64,000 bases of DNA from contig CP158635.1 of assembly GCA_050273025.1 (NCBI GenBank), positions 5,890,001 through 5,954,000 of the forward strand, given 5' to 3'. Shown here in pieces: positions 59,856 to 64,000 of this stretch (position 1 is the stretch's first letter; each line of letters starts with the position of its first letter). Origin of the DNA: Cenococcum geophilum (Eukaryota). The position numbers and the translations under genes are program-made. Under the pieces are notes generated by a model. That model did no database searches, was not told the origin of the DNA, and saw only the letters and a program-made list of their open reading frames with translations.

Positions 59856-62800
59856 TGTCACGGAACCCCACCGCAGGGGCCTCCATAGGAGAGCCCCGTG
59901 CTCTCGCGTACACCTCGCGTACAGCTTATGTCAGCTACGCGTAGGTATATCACCTCCTTACGCCCTTAACCCTTACGATCGATCGCGTAACGTCTTATAG
60001 ACTCCTTAAATACATACGTCTTGTAGCCACTGCCCCGTCCCATGACATTACGTTGCGCCTTTTTACTACCGACACCTAGCCTATAACCAATTCTACGTCT
60101 CTGCAATACTATAGGCGCTGCTAGAAGCAGCGTGCCTATAAGTTACCTTACTTTATACTTTTAAGGAACCTATAATAGTAAGATAATATTTCTTACTAGC
60201 CATTATATTAAACCTAAAGAACAATCTAATACCTATACTCAACCTACGACGCCAATTAATCCCAGGAGAATTCGATTTATTAGCCCTAGCCTTAACCCCT
60301 AAGGAGATAGACACCAATAATGTCTTATCTTTTATTAACTACACAACTACGGACAAGTAAGTGGAAGGGCTACTACCTATTAAAATTAAAATATGAGACG
60401 CTAAGATGTTCGCAAAAATGGTAGCACGAGAACCCGATAAATACTACCGCCTTCTATAGAACTACTACCTAAAGCTTATATAAGCCGAGATGCGTACTAC
60501 TTAAGATTGCGATATTATCTAAGACCTACAAGCTCGCGAGGCGCTTGCTAATAACACGCGTTAAGAAACCAAAGACGACCTCTGTGTGTCTGAACGCGAC
60601 GTCTAATAGTTAAAGAAGGCTAAGATTGCACTTATTGCTACGGTTACTAAAAGAGAAGGCATAATTAAATACCTATAATCTTAGCTTAACGAGCATATTT
60701 GTAACAACGCTAGACACCTCTTTACTGCATATAACGCCACTTAAGTCTCTATACCCTTGGTAACTTTACCTACTTAACGCTTAATAGAGGGTTAGCGCTA
60801 AGCAGCCTTACCTAATAGGAACCCCTACTAAAGTAATAACAAAAGCTATAACGACTAAACCTAAGCTGCTACTATAGGGTCTAATATATGTTACCTTAAT
60901 CCCCTAGTTTTTTAGGGAGACCGTAAAGAATATAGCTACTAAAAGATGCAAATCTACAAGAAACTAACTTAGAGCGCCTACCTTTTTCCTACGGAAGATA
61001 CTAAGATTGGCTATATTATTGGGCGAATAAAGGGTACACCGTTTAATAGACTCTTTGCCTAATAGAAAACTAATAGCCCCTAGAAGTGGCAGTCCCACTA
61101 AGAAGTCCTTAATGATCTTAACCTAATGTACCGTAACTATAACCTACTAGCTACCAACTAAGCTAAACTATATACCCTAAAGATAAGCCCTACTAAATTA
61201 TTTAACAAGTTTTATGTTAAATTCTAGGAATATACTAAAGCCCTTGCCTGAGATAATACTAAAGACTAGAAAGATCTCCTTAAAAAAGTTACTTATTGCC
61301 TTAGTTACGCAGCCGCTAGCTACAACTATAATAATGTTTATAATATGGTAGCAGCTATACGGAAGATTAAACAACGACTAAATTAGATCGCTACTATAAA
61401 CCCCTACCTAAAGACCTCCCTATAGAAGCCCTCTGGACCTACTAAACTACTAACGCCCACTACTTTAAGTAATACTACTGGTCCTAATATTAACCTTTTT
61501 ATACTAACCTTCCTGTAGAAGCTACTAGATAGAGAATGCGAGCTACTCTAGAAGCTAAAGCGTTGCTATAGATGTTGTTAAGAAGGCTATTATAGCTATA
61601 GCCTAAACTACCTAATAGCTAGGTTTAGCAGCTGCCGCCTAATACCTAACCTAGTACCTTAAATACTAAATACATTACTATATGCTACTACCATACAAGA
61701 TAAAGACGTAGTAATAGCAGTAGAGTTAGATATGGAAACGGAAAACGCCAAGTCTTAGCCCTAAGTCGTAGGTTAGGATGCCCTAATAATAAGGGGATCT
61801 ATATATCGGCCTGCTTAATAAATAACTTAGTAAAGATAAATAGACAGAAATAGATAGTTTTACCTATAATAGGAACTACTGCCAAAAAACAATATAAAAG
61901 CCGTTCTATAATTGATTATAAAACTACTAATAAATTTATAGATACCTAATTTGTGTGTACTTATAATCTACTTACCTTACCCCTTACTAAAGCCCGCGCC
62001 CTATAACTCGCCGATAGTAGTTGTACCGTATAGAAGATTACCTATATAGTATAACTCCACCTAGATATAAATAGGCACCAGGAAGAACTCTGGGCCTATA
62101 TTATACTACTTACTAACTACTCTATTATCCTTAGAATAAACTAGCTTAAATAATACAACCCCGCCATTAACTAGAAAAAGAGAGAAGTAACCTTTAACTT
62201 TAAATACTATAGAGAGACCTGCCTAGGATATGGCCTAGCCGCCTCTATTTACTCCCTAGGATACTAACCTAAGGAACCCCTTATTACCCTACCTATAACC
62301 AACTACTACTATATAAGTGCTACGGCCTTCTACCGCATAGTATATAGAAAAGGCTGGACTGTTACTATAGCCTCCTAATTACAACTATATAAGCTTAATA
62401 AAGAATAGGACTACGTCCTCTATAGTAATAGGATAGATATAGTCGACCTTTTAGAAAATAATGCCCCCGCAAAACTCTACGGACTTTTACCTTTAGACTT
62501 TAAGAAGTTTATAAAGCTTAAAAAAGGACTTACCAACGAGGAACTCCGCAAGCTCCTCCCTAAGAGGTACTATGACTTTATTAACGTATGCTTATAAAAG
62601 AGCGTAGATATACTCCCCCTATATTAACCTAATAACTATGCCATTAATATTAAATAAGGAAAAACGCTACCCTATAAGAGACCCTACCTAATATTAAAAG
62701 ACGAACTTCTAGTTGTTAAAAAGTATATTAACAAACACCTTAATAAAGGGTTTATTCGCCCTAGCATGTCCCTAGTAGCCGCCCCTATCCTCCTTACTAA

Positions 62801-64000
62801 GAAGCTAAGAGGAGGTATTTAATTCTACGTTAATTATAGAGGACTTAACGCTATTATAATTAAGAACCAATACCCCGTACTACTTATATATAAGACTTTT
62901 AAGCGGCTTAGCCAAGCCAAAATCTATACTAAGCTTAATATTATTGCCGCCTTTAACCGCCTCTAAATATAAGAAGGTAATAAATAGAAAACTATATTTG
63001 CATCGCGCTTTAGCTAATTCGAATATACCGTTATACCCTTTGGCGTATATAACGGCCTAGGCAGCTTCCAAAGCTATATTAATAACGCCTTATAGGACTA
63101 CCTTAATAACTTCTGCTCTGCGTACCTGGACAATATACTTATTTATAGTAATAACCCTTCTAAGTATACTGAGCACGTTTAAAAGGTCCTATAGCGCCTT
63201 AGGGACGCAGGACTTTATATTAATTTAAAGAAGTGCGAATTCTTAGTTATAGAAGTAAAATACCTTAAACTAATTGTTACTACTAAGGGTGTCCGTATAG
63301 ACCCTAAGAAGGTATATATAATTACTAAATAGTAAACCCCTAACTATATTAAAGACGTATAAGCTTTCCTTAGTTTTGCTAACTTCTATTAAAAATTTAT
63401 ATATAACTTCTTGGGTGTTATAGTACTACTTATAGTAATAATGCGAACGAAGGGCCTTTCCGCGAAAGGAAGAAAAATATATTTATATTTTATCTAGACG
63501 CTTAAATGCGAGAAGGCATTCTAAGACCTTAAAGATACTTTTACTAAAGCACCTATCCTAGCTTACTTTATACTAGGACGACAACTTTATTTTAAGACTA
63601 ACTCCTTAGACCATATTAACGTAGGCGTCCTTTTCTAGATAGGTGACGACGGTCTCCTCTACCTAGTCGCATTCTATTCGTCTAAGCTTATACTATAAAA
63701 ATATAACTATAAGATCTATAATAAGGAACTTCTTACGATTATATAAGCGTTTAAGGAATTCCGACCGGAACTTTCCTTAGTAAAACCTAACTAGCTAACT
63801 AAAGTCCTTACGGATTATTGCAACCTTAAGTACTTTATAACTATAAAATAGCTAAACTAACGCTAAGTACGCTAGAACGAGTTCCTCTCTGGTTTTAACT
63901 TTAAAATTATATATAGGCTAGGAGTATAAGGTACTAAGCCTAATAGCCTAATACGCCGCTTATAAGACCTTCCTTAGTCTAAAGATAACCCCTATAACTA
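59856..64000 (+). mobile_element. Ty3/Gypsy 6, RIPed: 5' LTR 59856-60047, gag ~60200-61758, pol (PR, RT, RNase H) truncated by the window end
   Basis: tgtca...tgaca LTR, CCHC knuckle relic at ~61560, RT motif CSAYLDNI at ~63115, RNase H motif YKIYNKELLTI at ~63710. Confidence 0.92.

Overview
AT-rich, RIP-degenerated, nested transposon landscape from a filamentous ascomycete (Pezizomycotina; species not determinable). It has two un-RIPed islands, at about 31.9-35.5 kb and 48.5-52.45 kb. Target-site duplications (TSDs) allow the nesting to be rebuilt. (1) 1-~31.9 kb is a large element carrying a RecQ-type helicase gene (- strand) split by two Tad-like LINE insertions. LINE A (4374-21735, -) contains same-family LINE B (8943-20723, +), which contains a full chromodomain Ty3/Gypsy (9420-15606). 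Insertion C (21760-30759) is a chimera of a 1.34-kb structured non-LINE segment, possibly rDNA IGS/5'ETS, fused to a 5'-truncated LINE; it holds another Gypsy and a solo LTR. (2) The first island has a secreted/GPI-type Cys-rich gene broken by a solo LTR and a nonsense codon, plus small MITE-like elements. (3) A piggyBac element (35197-48561) has atypical TTAT/ATAA flanks, a block of satellites and a foldback, and a nested Gypsy carrying an antisense Zn(II)2Cys6-like ORF. (4) The only intact gene is a fungal NLR, PNP_UDP-NB-ARC-TPR (49100-52530, one intron, 1124 aa), with near-identical TPR repeats that vary at specific sites and show no RIP. (5) Three further nested Gypsy elements run to the window end. 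No rRNA/tRNA genes or CRISPR arrays were seen. Protein calls in RIPed regions rely on manual de-RIP reading, not database searches.
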